DNA of 64,000 nt, taken from NCBI GenBank assembly GCA_964016885.1, contig OZ024743.1, positions 288,486,001-288,550,000 of the forward strand. Reading direction: 5' to 3'. The translations under genes and the position numbers were made by a program. Origin of the DNA: Eledone cirrhosa (taxonomy: Eukaryota). Below, piece by piece: positions 14,748 through 26,558 of this stretch. How positions within the stretch are numbered: the first letter of the stretch is position 1; each line of letters begins with the position of its first letter. The notes beneath the pieces were generated by a model. The model searched no databases. It worked only from the letters and a program-made list of their open reading frames with translations, and had not been told where the DNA came from.

Positions 14748-15222
14748 GATTGGCAGTATCGGTAGAGGGTCGGACGCCATGCTTTGACGCATAGAGTTAC
14801 GGTCGTTGCCATTCTGAGTTCAAATCCCGCAGAGGTTAACTTTGCCTTTCATCCTTACGAGGTCGATAAAATAAAGTACCAGTAATGCACTGGTAATTGC
14901 TGGCCTTGTGCCAAAAGTAGAAACAGTTATTATTGAAGAAGTTGATAAAACAAAGTACAAGTAGTGCACAGGGGTGGATTTAATGGACCCCCCCCCAATA
15001 AATTGTGGGCCTTGTGCCTAAAGTAGAAGACATTATTATTGGCAGTATCGGTAGAGAGTCGGACACCATGCTTTGCAGCATAGAGTTACGGCCCTTTACG
15101 GTCTGAGTTCAAATCCCACGGAGGTTAACTTTGCCTTTCATCCTTACGAGGTCGATAAAATAAAGTACCAGTAATGCATTGGGTAATTGCTGGCCTTGTG
15201 TCAAAAGTAGAAACAATTATTA
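14748..15222 (+). mobile_element. Cluster of tRNA-derived SINE family A copies (14748-14930, partial 14944-15038, 15039-15222)
   Basis: A-box-like tggcagtatcgg, B-box gagttcaaatcc, core actttgcctttcatcc..ggtcgataaa, (TTA) tail; TSD tattgaagaagttg at 14734-14747 and 14931-14944. Confidence 0.9.
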
Positions 15223-15547
15223 TCATCATCATCGGTAGTAGTAGTAGTAGTAGTAGTAGTACTACTACTAGTAGTAGTAGCTGTTGTTGTTGTTTTTGTT
15301 GTTGATGTTGTTGTTGTTTTAGTTGTAGTATTGATTATGTAACTAAAATGTATAAACTAATTTTTAAACTACCGTGAAGGAAAACGAAACACTATGTTAT
15401 TACAATGAATTGTAGACAGTAAATCATTCGCAAAATAATTGGGATGCTTATGTTATTGATTTGGGGCGTAGGTAGCATATGGCAATCCCTCTGCAGATCC
15501 AATACGTCACCTGGTTTGATCAGAGAGGATTACTTCCAGAAAGAAAG

Positions 15548-15620
<73 letters not shown>

Positions 15621-15726
15621 GGAAAATGATAAAGCAGAAATAATGGTTACAATATTCAACTGATAAAATAAAGTACCAGTAATACACTGGATAATTGCTG
15701 GCCCTGTGCCAATATATTTATTGAGC

Positions 15727-15866
15727 AACATAGAGTCACGGCCCTTTACGGCCTGAGTTCAAAATCCGCCGAGGTTGACTTTGCCTTTCATCCTTACGGG
15801 CTCGATAAAATAAAGCACCAGTAATGCACTGATGTAAATTCTGGCCTTGTGCCAAAAGTAGAAACA
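15727..15866 (+). mobile_element. 5'-truncated SINE family A with TSD
   Basis: aatatatttattgagc at 15711-15726 and 15867-15882. Confidence 0.85.
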
Positions 15867-15994
15867 AATATATTTATTGAGCCTGAGAAATCATAAAAGG
15901 CAGAGTTGATCTCAATAGCATTTGAAATCATAGTGCAAACAGCCGAATGAATAGACCTAGTACACTATCAATATAACTAACAACACTACTACTA

Positions 15995-16030
<36 letters not shown>

Positions 16031-16379
16031 ATAAACACACACGCACACACATGCACACATACACATAAACACACACACACGCACACAAACAAACCAACAT
16101 GTAAACAATTTTACAAAGTGGTGGTATAGAGACACAGACAAGTTAGGTGAGTTCTCTTCCAGATATGCAGTGTAGCCGTCTTCATGTGTATGTGTGTGTG
16201 TGCGTGTGTGTGTTTGAGTATTCGTGCATGTGTATGTCTGTGTGTGCCTATGTGCGAGTGCGTGTCAGTGTGTTACAGTTACATTCTCTTCTACCCATGT
16301 CCCTGTCGGCAACTTTATTTATCGTCCTTCATCTCCCTCACTCTTTCTCTCTCTCTCTCACCTTATAAAATATGTATGT

Positions 16380-16456
<77 letters not shown>

Positions 16457-17062
16457 CATATATGTATGTATGCATATATATATATATGCGTGTGTATATT
16501 TCTAAACATGCGTGTACTTGTGCCGTTGTATTATATAAAAAAAACAAAAAAACAGGAGTCAAGTGAAACTATACAAAGAAAACAAACGAACGAACAAACA
16601 AAAAAAAAAAGAAATACACATATAAATAAGACTCTAACACAACAATAACAACAATAGCAACAACAACAAGTCCAACAACTAAAAAAAACTACAATAAGAA
16701 GACTAAGGATGAGAGAAAGTCACTATAAAAATATATAAAAAATATTTGGTTAGCGGAAGCAATAAACAGAATCGTATTTTACGGCACTAAAATGTATGAA
16801 AGATTCATCTTTATTTCATGTTATTCTGAGATTTTTGCAATATGCCTGTCAAGATTTTCGCTTTCTCTCATTATATATGAATTATAAGTATGTCCTGTGT
16901 ATATGTACACACACGCACAAACACACACACGCGCGCGCGCACACATACATCTATATATCTGGATATATATAGATATATATGCATATCAATATGTATATAT
17001 ATATATACAAATAAACACATTCGTATATATATAAATATGTATATATATATATATATATATAA

Positions 17063-17110
<48 letters not shown>

Positions 17111-17154
17111 AAGAAATAATCTGAAATAAGATGTAACACATGCATGTCTGTCTG

Positions 17155-17243
<89 letters not shown>

Positions 17244-17322
17244 ATAATAATAAAATTGAAGACTAAAATCCAAAGAGGGCTCGATAAAGATAAATATATA
17301 TATATATATATGTATCACACAC

Positions 17323-17399
<77 letters not shown>

Positions 17400-18080
17400 A
17401 TTATTTATGTATTTATGTGTGTGTGTGTGTGTGTGTGTGGGGGGGGGTGTTATAACTTATTTCAGGTTATTTCTTCCTTATCTGTGGTTAAATTTTTTCA
17501 GTATGTCGTTCTAAAGTGTCTGATTTTGTCATTATATTATTGGATACTCAAACACACTCAAACACACACTCACACTCAAACACACACTCACACTCATACT
17601 CAAACTCACACTCACACTCACACTCACACACACACTCACACTCCTACTCAAACACACCCTCACACTCATACTCAAGCACTCACTCACACTGTGCGCACGT
17701 ACATACATATATGTAAATGTGTGTGTGTGTGTGTTTATGTATGTTTGACATAACTACAACTTAAACTACCCTCCCTGAGTCTTATGTAACTTTATTAAAC
17801 AAAGACATATTGAATATATTTCCATATATACTTCCATTCAGCATGACGCTGTGTTGGTGCTACTGCTAAGTAGTGTTAGTAAACGAGCGTCTCCAACGAT
17901 TTATTTCCCCCATATTTACCTATCAGCTATTATCTCTTTTCATACGGTTACTAATGTAGCTGTGACAGGACCACGGCCACAAAATACCGCCACGGTAACG
18001 CATATATATATATATATATATATAGCATATACGAACACATCTGCCTCTCTCTCCCTCTCCACCCTTGGCACTTTCTCGTT

Positions 18081-18117
<37 letters not shown>

Positions 18118-18357
18118 GTACGTCTATGGTTTACTGAGGAGGTCTAATAACTTGGAAACTTGTCCGTAGTTATGAAAGTACAAAACAGTGATCATTTACA
18201 ATATTTCAATGCATTGGAAAATGGCGACATCAAAACAAGTAGTACATGTTTTTTGCAGAGTGTTAGTAATAGTTGCGTCAATAATCGGTACAAATAGACC
18301 CCAAATTTATTATAGTCCATTGGATTGACTAAACCAGGTCAATTTTGAGGGAGGATA

Positions 18358-18422
18358 AAATAATATTAATAGTAATTTCTTTTATTGGCCACAGGGGTCT
18401 CGTGATTGGGGACAATGCAAGG
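18358..18422 (-). mobile_element. 3'-terminal stub of a Tx1-like LINE
   Basis: Minus strand gcattgtcc..cctgtggccaataaaagaaattactatt matches the LINE 3' UTR end. Confidence 0.55.
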
Positions 18423-18552
18423 CGTTGTGTCTTGAACTTGCTGAAGCAAAATGTAAAACCGTGCATGAGGTATGTCACGAATAACAATTCCTCCTTACCC
18501 GACGAGTTAGTCCAACTAGAAAGCGACATGCATCGGTTTTATTATTATTTCC

Positions 18553-18768
18553 ATTGGCAGTATCCGGTAGACGGTCGGACGCCATGCTTTGCAGCATAGA
18601 GTTACAGGTCTTTACGATCTGAGTTTGAATCACGCCGAGGTTAACTTTGCCTTTCATCCATACGGGGTCGATAAAATAAATTACCAGGCAGGCACTGGGG
18701 TCGATATAATCGACATTCCCATCCCCCATAATTGCTGGCCTTGTGCCTATATAAGAAACCATTATTAT
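18553..18768 (+). mobile_element. SINE family A
   Basis: Full head, core and tail match to other copies. Confidence 0.9.
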
Positions 18769-19181
18769 TTCCGTTGGCGAGATGAACGAAATAAGAGGGC
18801 TTCCATATATATTTGACGAAGGAGTTGGGGTACGATGTAATGTGTGTGTGAAGGGTGTGCCTTCCATATATATATATGGGTTGACAGAGTTTTAGATAAA
18901 ATACTGAAAAATATATTTTTAGGGTTTTGTATTCTAATTAAAAAATGCGACTAAGATAAAATTTACCTTTCATTCTACATGTGTCTACACAGTAAAAATA
19001 ATTGACTACTGCTCGGCTCGGTATAATCGAAAAACCCCTTCACCTTTCAAATGTTTCTCCTTGTACTTCATACTAGAAACAATTGTATTTAGGAGTGGGG
19101 TGTAGTGGAAGTGGCGTTGGTGATGGCGGTACCGGTGCTATTAGAAGTACAACCAGCAACAGAAATAGTAGCATTATTATA

Positions 19182-19237
<56 letters not shown>

Positions 19238-19239
<2 letters not shown>

Positions 19240-19708
19240 TTTGAGTCTCAGTCATTGATGTTAGTTAACTGGAAAGTTTGTTGAAATGAATATCAAGCCA
19301 CTACCTGCAGCCTCAGATATTCAGGACGTATCGGAGAGTTCTTGCTGTTCCTAGCAAGCATGCCTTTTGAAGTGTTCCAAAAAGCGGGGTGGTGCCAATT
19401 TTCTTTAACCATCCCTGGAAACTTTTTGAGATAGTACCTAGTGCGCCTATGACAATCGGGACCACTTTGACTTCATGGCAGTTCCAAATCCTTTTAACCT
19501 CCCACTTTAAGTCCTGGTATCGGTTAATTTTCTCCCTCTCCTTCTCTTGCACTATCGTGTCGAATGGGCAGGCCACATCCACAATCAGACACAATCTTTT
19601 TTCCTTGTTCAAAACCACCAGGTCAGGTCTATTGTGTTCCAGTTTCTTGTCCGTCTGTATCCTAAAATCCCACAGCACCTTCACCTGATCGTTTTCTATC
19701 ACCGACTC

Positions 19709-19709
<1 letters not shown>
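19238..19709 (-). mobile_element. 5'-truncated R4/Dong-type non-LTR retrotransposon (restriction-like endonuclease domain and 3' UTR), copy 1
   Basis: ORF 19313-19702 has WDFRIQTD..HNRPDLVV..IVDVACP..EKINRYQDL..PIVIGALG (PD..D RLE); flanked both sides by (TAA)n on its sense strand. Confidence 0.85.
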
Positions 19710-19743
<34 letters not shown>

Positions 19744-19956
19744 GAATGCCATGGTTGACGGAGGCTCGGCTCTGTAAGGTATAGTAATTTTTAACCGTTA
19801 AAACAATTGTAAATTGTTTAAAACTTGAACCAAATTGTTGATAAAGACACCCTCCTCCTCGTGAGAGGGGTCTTTCTGTCCGTTATTTGGCCCTTCGGGG
19901 TTAAATAGCCAGTTATTGGGGTTTTGTACCCAAAATTTCATTTTAAACAAAAAAAC

Positions 19957-22056
19957 ATGGCTACCAAAAAAAAAAAATTTCATACGTCACTCCCACTCAT
20001 TCCGTCTTCTTCTTCCTCAATCATCACTACAGGAGAGAGAAGATTGTCTCTCTCCCTCCCATCTTTAAATGTGTCTCTCTCCCTACCTTCTCTTTCGCAA
20101 GCGACGAAAGAAAAGAAAAGTCTCGTGCAAAGCGTGCAAGGTTTCTCCACGACGACGACGACAGCGACGAAACAGGTGTGCGGGAAATACGAAAACCCAG
20201 TTCATTCGTCTGACGTCAGGAATAATAGCAGTAGCAGCCGTAATAACAACAGCAACAGTGACAATGAAAACAACAGTAGCAGCCGCAACAGCATCACCAG
20301 CAGCATAAACAACAACAGCATTAGCAGCAGCAACACCAACAACAACCACAGCAACAGCGGCGGAGGCAGTAGTCGTAGTACCTGCAGCAACAACAAAAGT
20401 ACCAGCAGCTCTGACGACAACAACAACAGCAGAGAAAAACCAATCTCATTTGCAGGTATTGCGAAAAACCTGGAAACAATCCTCATAACAAATGAGGAAT
20501 TAGAGGAAGCGAAGAAGATGGTGACAAAGAACGGACACCGAGCAATCTGCAAGGCAGCGAAAAATTTTTTCGAAACCCAAGAACACTGTACGGTCACGTA
20601 CCGTACAGTAAGTACAAAATCCCGTAGGGTGGAAAGAGCCACAGAGGCCCAAATACAAAAAGCCTTGGGGTCTGTGTGGCAGAGGAAAACGCACATCACC
20701 CGAGGCAAAAAATACGCCACCGTAGACGTACTTTTTGCCACACCCCAGGAGGCAAAGGCCCAATCAGTAGTGACCCTAAGGAGCGAGGAAATGGTGTTGG
20801 TGCCCTCCTACTGCGGGCAAAAAATTGTGAGGGTCAAACTGACCCACGTCCCCCCCGGAATGACCCCTTCTTGGCTGGCCGCGTCTGTCCTCGTCGGAAT
20901 CGAGGACAAAACAACTGTACTGCAAGTACAGAAAAAAGTAAGAGAAGATTGGGTCGGCTCCTCCATTGAGATGCTAATCCAAACCAACCAGGAGTGCATC
21001 GAAGCTATCCCGGATGTGATAGACTTCGATAACGGCACTCAACTGCCCATAAGTGTTGAGGGCAAACGCCCGAAATGCTTTCGCTGTGGATCGAAGACTC
21101 ACCTCAGGGCCTTCTGCAACGAGAAGACCCTGAGAAAGGAGAAAACCCCCCTCCTCCCGAATCCGGTTCCACGGCTACCAGCAACAGGACAAGCGGCAAC
21201 CAGGAACGATAGGTCCGTGGCACCCATACCCACTCCACGGAAATCAAAGACAGCAGCAGCAGTGGAAATATTAACAACAACAACAGCAATACCAAATGCA
21301 GCTGCAACAGAGACTCCAGTGCAAACATCACCAACAACAACAAGTGAAAGAGTGGAGCTGGTACCCCTCCCCGACCTTACAGAATCAGACATGGAGTGTG
21401 AGGTGGGAGAGGGATGGCAAAAGGTCTCAAGAAGGCACAAACGCAGAAGCAGCGCATCGTCGCCTTTGAAAAGGGAGGAAAGAAATGAGAAAAGGGTAAA
21501 GTCTACTGCAAAGAGACCCACAGCAGCAACACCACCAACACCATCACCACCCACACCAGCACCACCATCACCACCGGCGACAACCCCACCGCCAACAACA
21601 CCTTCAACACCACCACCACAAGCACCAACATCGCAAACACAACAACAAAACACACACACCCAGCAACAACGACAAGAAAATAGCAGAACCACACCCCACC
21701 CCCAGAAAAACAAATGCACGGCAATAAACACACACAACAAGAAACTAATGACTTACATAATTGAACACACAGACATTTCACAACAGGACTACATAATACC
21801 AGCACCAATCAAAACGCCAACTAACATAAGACTGCTAAAAATAGCACAGAAACAATACACAAACATTAAAACGAAATTCCCCAACGCAGTTGGTGATTTC
21901 AGGGACCTAGGAGGAACCATTAATCGAAGAGTATATTCAGACATTCTCTTAGAAGAGCCGACGACCAGCCGAAGGGACGATTCAACGGTCCCTTCACCAG
22001 ACGATCAAGTGAAAAGGGATGTAAAAACCATCCCTCCTCTACCAAAAATACGGTAA
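19957..22056 (+). CDS. LINE ORF1p (nucleic-acid binding, CCHC zinc knuckle)
   Basis: First ATG at 19957 (aacATGg); CFRCGSKTHLRAFC knuckle; S/N-rich and P/T-rich disordered regions. Confidence 0.9.
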   Translation: MATKKKKFHTSLPLIPSSSSSIITTGERRLSLSLPSLNVSLSLPSLSQATKEKKSLVQSVQGFSTTTTTATKQVCGKYENPVHSSDVRNNSSSSRNNNSNSDNENNSSSRNSITSSINNNSISSSNTNNNHSNSGGGSSRSTCSNNKSTSSSDDNNNSREKPISFAGIAKNLETILITNEELEEAKKMVTKNGHRAICKAAKNFFETQEHCTVTYRTVSTKSRRVERATEAQIQKALGSVWQRKTHITRGKKYATVDVLFATPQEAKAQSVVTLRSEEMVLVPSYCGQKIVRVKLTHVPPGMTPSWLAASVLVGIEDKTTVLQVQKKVREDWVGSSIEMLIQTNQECIEAIPDVIDFDNGTQLPISVEGKRPKCFRCGSKTHLRAFCNEKTLRKEKTPLLPNPVPRLPATGQAATRNDRSVAPIPTPRKSKTAAAVEILTTTTAIPNAAATETPVQTSPTTTSERVELVPLPDLTESDMECEVGEGWQKVSRRHKRRSSASSPLKREERNEKRVKSTAKRPTAATPPTPSPPTPAPPSPPATTPPPTTPSTPPPQAPTSQTQQQNTHTQQQRQENSRTTPHPQKNKCTAINTHNKKLMTYIIEHTDISQQDYIIPAPIKTPTNIRLLKIAQKQYTNIKTKFPNAVGDFRDLGGTINRRVYSDILLEEPTTSRRDDSTVPSPDDQVKRDVKTIPPLPKIR

Positions 22057-22091
22057 GTGGTCTTTCCCATCTTTTCCACTCTATTTTAAAC

Positions 22092-25000
22092 ATGACCTCA
22101 CTCAGAATAGGCAGCATAAATGCGCGTGGCTTGGGGTCGTCATGGAAGCAGGGTCACCTGCTCAACGACCTCAGGTCACTAAACATAGATGTAGTGGCCA
22201 TCAGCGAAACCAGAATCTCCGAAGCACGGGCCTTCGCACCGATCTTCGGCGGCTACGATGTGTACGCATCTCCCAGCCGTCCTGGATCGGGTGGAGGAGT
22301 TGCTGTGCTTTTTCGGAGAGGTTTGGATCTCGCCATACGGGCCATCTTCCTGGACCCAGAGGGTAAGCTGGTGGTGCTGGACGTGACCAGCGGAGACGGG
22401 CAAGCTTTCAGGCTAGTGGCCGTCTATGCCCCGACAGGAGCAGGGCGGCCTGATTTCTTCCGGCGTCTGGAGACCTTTCTTGGAACGTCGCGCTCTTTAG
22501 TGTTAGTGGGCGACTGGAACGGGATCTTAGATGCACGCTGGGACTGTGTGGGATTAGCGGATAGGGGTGGAGGGTGCAAGAGCCTCACCAACCTGCTCAG
22601 GCGTTTTGAACTGTCTGACAGGTACCGATTGGATTTCCCGAATGTGCCAATGTGGACTTGGACAAACCGCATAGGGTCATCCAGATCATATCTAGATAGA
22701 GTATTTTGTAGGGAAATAGATAGGTCTAGCATAGGCTGTCCACAATTCAAGATAGTCAGCTACACGGACCACAAATTCGTGATCTGTGTGCTTGACTTAG
22801 ATAGGCTTCATAGACGAGGACCCGGCTACTGGAAGCTAAACGCGTCCTTACCAGCGCGCAAGGCCTACAGAGACCGGATTAGCGAACTAGTTAAGCGGGC
22901 GTTGACGGGGGCCATCGTCAACAACAAGTGGTGGTTTGCTCTGAAAAGAGCGATTAGAATAGAATCAATTAGGTTTAGTAAGGCTTTAGCAATAGAGAAA
23001 AATAGAGCAGAGGGAGAACTAGTTAGAAAATTAGACGAGGCGCTTAGCAAAGGCATTGCGACCGACGTGCTTGCGGCGAAATTGGCCCTTGACCAATTCT
23101 TCAATGCAAAGCACGAAGGCTGCGTTGTCAGAGCTAGGGTGCGTGCTCTCAGACACGAGGGGACGAAAGCCGTTCAATGGGCCCGAGTGGCGGAGGCGCG
23201 TCGTGGCAACAAAGCCACGATCCGGTCTTTGGTGGACCACGACGGGCGCATGCTACTCGATCCCGGGCAAATGTGTGAAGCTTTTCAGCGACACTTCGCT
23301 CAGCTGTTCGGGGGCAGCGGGGGGCCGGGTAGAGGGATGGACTTTAGTGTCTACCTCGACGGACTGCCGCGGCTCTCGGCCACTGAGGCGAAGTGTTGCG
23401 AAAAGCCGATAACAGCCGCTGAAGTAAGGGAGGCAATGACTGGCTGCACAAGGGGTAAATCGCCTGGTTTGGATGGTCTGCCCTATGAACTTTACGTACA
23501 GATGCCAGACTTGTTCGGAGGCCTCTTGGCGGACGTCTACTGCAACTGGCAACAGAACGGGAGAATTCCCAGTTCTGTGAGCCGAGGAGCGGTGGCACTG
23601 CTGAGAAAGGATCCGAACAAGGGGGATAACATAGACAATTTCCGGCCCATAACTCTGCTAAACACAGAGTTTAAGATTTTGGCCAAGGTGCTAGCAAAGA
23701 GGTTGGCGCTTGTCGTTGGTGGTCTGGTGGGAGAGGCGCAGACATGCGCCATTCCCGACAGATCCATCCACGACAACCTCCACCTCATGCGATACATCGT
23801 AGAGAGGGTAGCTAGGGAACCTGGCACGGGTGGGTCCTTGATCAATTTAGATCAGTCGAAAGCTTTCGATAGGGTCGACCATCGTTACCTAGCGGCAGTC
23901 CTGAGGGCGGCTGGCTTTGGGCCCGTCTTCAGAGGCTGGATCGCTGCCATGCACAGCGACATCTGCTCTGTGGTGAGAGTGAACGGTCACCTGTCGGAAC
24001 CGTTCAACATCATGCGCTCGGTCCGCCAAGGATGTCCCCTCTCGTCCCTCTTGTACGTATTGACTCTCGAGCCATTACTGCACAAACTGGAGACGTTGAG
24101 GGGAGTCCCGCGCGAACTAGGATGCGGAAGATCCGTGTCAGCATATGCGGACGATGTCACCGTAGTGGTGTCGAACGCCAAACACATCGAGGCGATCGGC
24201 ACTACACTAAGAGAATACGAAGCGGTGACAGGAGCAATGATCAACCAGGAAAAGTCAGTGGGCCTGCAGCTCGGCACCTGGAGAGGCAGGTCCATGCCGT
24301 CCAACAGCGTCGTCGGGCGCTGGACGGACGGACCGGTTAAATTGCTAGGGGTCTGGTTCGGTCCGGACCTCCAGACGGACAAAAACTGGGACGAGGTGAC
24401 GAGCAGGGTGGCTTCTCTCACCCAGAAATGGGCGGAGAGGAAGCTATCCCTGAAAGGTCGAGCGGAGGTGGCTAACGCGTACATCGCGTCTGTCATCTGC
24501 TACCGCCTAACCGTCGTACCTTGTCCTAAGCCTCGCCTGACTGCGCTGGAGCGTTTGCTCTTTCGCTTTTTGTGGAAGGGACGTGCTCCGATGGTCAGGC
24601 GGTCCATCTGTTGTCAACACCCGCTACGTGGAGGGCTGGGCATGCCGTGGCTGATGATGCGCAGGCACGCGCTCAGGCTACGACATCTCCACCTCTTCCT
24701 CGACGGTGATCAGGTGTGGTCGCCGTTTGCTAGACGCGTTTTTCCCCAGCTCGTTTCCTTGACGGAGCTGCAGTCCTGGGTCAAGCGAAGACCGAGAGGG
24801 AGCGCCTGGAGACTGGAATGTCTTCAGGCGCTCACAGCCCTCGACCAATCGGGCAATGTGATCGGTGGAAACTCCACCTCGGCGTTCTATAGAGGATTAG
24901 TGGAGGGGAAGAGCGACGACGTACTTGGGGAAACTCTAGGCGTCGACGAAAATCAACTAGCCAATCTCTTCGGAAGAACCTTCGGGCCAGGGCCTATGGA

Positions 25001-25511
25001 CAACTTCCAGAAATCTCTGGCCTGGCAGTGCTACCGAGGAGCCTTGCCAGTTCGGGATAAACTCTACAGGCATGGAGGTGCCGTCAGCCGGGCATGTCCG
25101 AGATGCGCGCAGGGCGACGAAACCGTCCTGCACGCACTCGTCCAGTGTCCGAAAATTGCTGACTTGTGGGTTTATGTCGAACACCTGCTGTCGCGTTTAG
25201 GACGGATCCAGCTATCATCTGAGTCTATCGTGAGGATTGCCCCGCCCTCCTCCTTTAGCCGGGAAGGGCAGGCAGTTTTTATCTGTCTGGTGGCCATGGC
25301 GAAAGAGATAGTATGGTGGACACGTTTGAAAGGGCTGAAGACGAGCACTTACCTCTTCGGTGATGCTCTGATTGACTTTTTCAAATTTCATTTGAAAAGG
25401 AAAATCAGAGTAGAGAAGGAAGTGCTCTCTTCCCAGCATTTTGTTGAAAGATGGGTGAGAGAAGCAAGAATGGCCCGAGTGAATGGGCCGACTCTGAGTA
25501 TATATCTGTAA
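22092..25511 (+). CDS. LINE ORF2p: AP endonuclease, reverse transcriptase, C-terminal zinc finger
   Basis: SINARG, ISET, VYAP, GDWN, LDR, YTDH; PGLDG, FRPITLLN, KAFD, QGCPLS, YADD; CPRC..ETVLHALVQC. Confidence 0.97.
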   Translation: MTSLRIGSINARGLGSSWKQGHLLNDLRSLNIDVVAISETRISEARAFAPIFGGYDVYASPSRPGSGGGVAVLFRRGLDLAIRAIFLDPEGKLVVLDVTSGDGQAFRLVAVYAPTGAGRPDFFRRLETFLGTSRSLVLVGDWNGILDARWDCVGLADRGGGCKSLTNLLRRFELSDRYRLDFPNVPMWTWTNRIGSSRSYLDRVFCREIDRSSIGCPQFKIVSYTDHKFVICVLDLDRLHRRGPGYWKLNASLPARKAYRDRISELVKRALTGAIVNNKWWFALKRAIRIESIRFSKALAIEKNRAEGELVRKLDEALSKGIATDVLAAKLALDQFFNAKHEGCVVRARVRALRHEGTKAVQWARVAEARRGNKATIRSLVDHDGRMLLDPGQMCEAFQRHFAQLFGGSGGPGRGMDFSVYLDGLPRLSATEAKCCEKPITAAEVREAMTGCTRGKSPGLDGLPYELYVQMPDLFGGLLADVYCNWQQNGRIPSSVSRGAVALLRKDPNKGDNIDNFRPITLLNTEFKILAKVLAKRLALVVGGLVGEAQTCAIPDRSIHDNLHLMRYIVERVAREPGTGGSLINLDQSKAFDRVDHRYLAAVLRAAGFGPVFRGWIAAMHSDICSVVRVNGHLSEPFNIMRSVRQGCPLSSLLYVLTLEPLLHKLETLRGVPRELGCGRSVSAYADDVTVVVSNAKHIEAIGTTLREYEAVTGAMINQEKSVGLQLGTWRGRSMPSNSVVGRWTDGPVKLLGVWFGPDLQTDKNWDEVTSRVASLTQKWAERKLSLKGRAEVANAYIASVICYRLTVVPCPKPRLTALERLLFRFLWKGRAPMVRRSICCQHPLRGGLGMPWLMMRRHALRLRHLHLFLDGDQVWSPFARRVFPQLVSLTELQSWVKRRPRGSAWRLECLQALTALDQSGNVIGGNSTSAFYRGLVEGKSDDVLGETLGVDENQLANLFGRTFGPGPMDNFQKSLAWQCYRGALPVRDKLYRHGGAVSRACPRCAQGDETVLHALVQCPKIADLWVYVEHLLSRLGRIQLSSESIVRIAPPSSFSREGQAVFICLVAMAKEIVWWTRLKGLKTSTYLFGDALIDFFKFHLKRKIRVEKEVLSSQHFVERWVREARMARVNGPTLSIYL

Positions 25512-25783
25512 ACTAAAGGTGGAAAACTGGGAGAGGGCACTTGCCTTGGTGGTCAGGGTCATTGTGGCTTTTTACTGGGCTTTCTCCACAAATGTCCCTC
25601 CGAAGTCTCCCCCCTATTGGGGAATTTTTCATTGTTATTTTCATTGTTATTTTTGTTACATCCTCTATTTTTGTTTTTTTTACACGCAGAAATGCCCATT
25701 TGTACCGTCCTGCATTGTCCTGCACTGTCCTTAATGTCTACTTTATGTAAACCCTTGTGGTTAATAAAGAAATCATTATTATA

Positions 25784-25839
<56 letters not shown>

Positions 25840-25841
<2 letters not shown>

Positions 25842-26310
25842 TTTGAGTCTCAGTCATTGATGTTAGTTAACTGGAAAGTTTGTTGAAATGAATATCAAGC
25901 CACTACCTGCAGCCTCAGATATTCAGGACGTATCGGAGAGTTCTTGCTGTTCCTAGCAAGCATGCCTTTTGAAGTGTTCCAAAAAGCGGGGTGGTGCCAA
26001 TTTTCTTTAACCATCCCTGGAAACTTTTTGAGATAGTACCTAGTGCGCCTATGACAATCGGGACCACTTTGACTTCATGGCAGTTCCAAATCCTTTTAAC
26101 CTCCCACTTTAAGTCCTGGTATCGGTTAATTTTCTCCCTCTCCTTCTCTTGCACTATCGTGTCGAATGGGCAGGCCACATCCACAATCAGACACAATCTT
26201 TTTTCCTTGTTCAAAACCACCAGGTCAGGTCTATTGTGTTCCAGTTTCTTGTCCGTCTGTATCCTAAAATCCCACAGCACCTTCACCTGATCGTTTTCTA
26301 TCACCGACTC

Positions 26311-26311
<1 letters not shown>
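25840..26311 (-). mobile_element. R4/Dong-type RLE fragment, copy 2
   Basis: Identical 129-aa ORF at 25915-26304. Confidence 0.85.
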
Positions 26312-26345
<34 letters not shown>

Positions 26346-26558
26346 GAATGCCATGGTTGACGGAGGCTCGGCTCTGTAAGGTATAGTAATTTTTAACCGT
26401 TAAAACAATTGTAAATTGTTTAAAACTTGAACCAAATTGTTGATAAAGACACCCTCCTCCTCGTGAGAGGGGTCTTTCTGTCCGTTATTTGGCCCTTCGG
26501 GGTTAAATAGCCAGTTATTGGGGTTTTGTACCCAAAATTTCATTTTAAACAAAAAAAC

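Larger units (their letters stand above)
19744..25774 (+). mobile_element. Full-length L1/Tx1-clade LINE, copy 1
   Basis: 5' UTR, two intact ORFs with a 35-nt spacer, 3' UTR with aataaa, (TTA)n on both sides. Confidence 0.95.

Noticed and set aside
18124-18170. CTGAGGA..GAAActtgTC hammerhead-like motif
   Set aside because: Stem I is displaced by 5 nt and stem II pairs poorly; at best a decayed copy.
19744-19910. Canonical HDV-like ribozyme in the LINE 5' UTR
   Set aside because: P3, P1.1 and J4/2 could not be assembled; kept only as a structured UTR.
20069-25750. Alternative-frame and antisense ORFs within the LINE
   Set aside because: They are shadows of GC-rich ORF1/ORF2 or of the 3' UTR.
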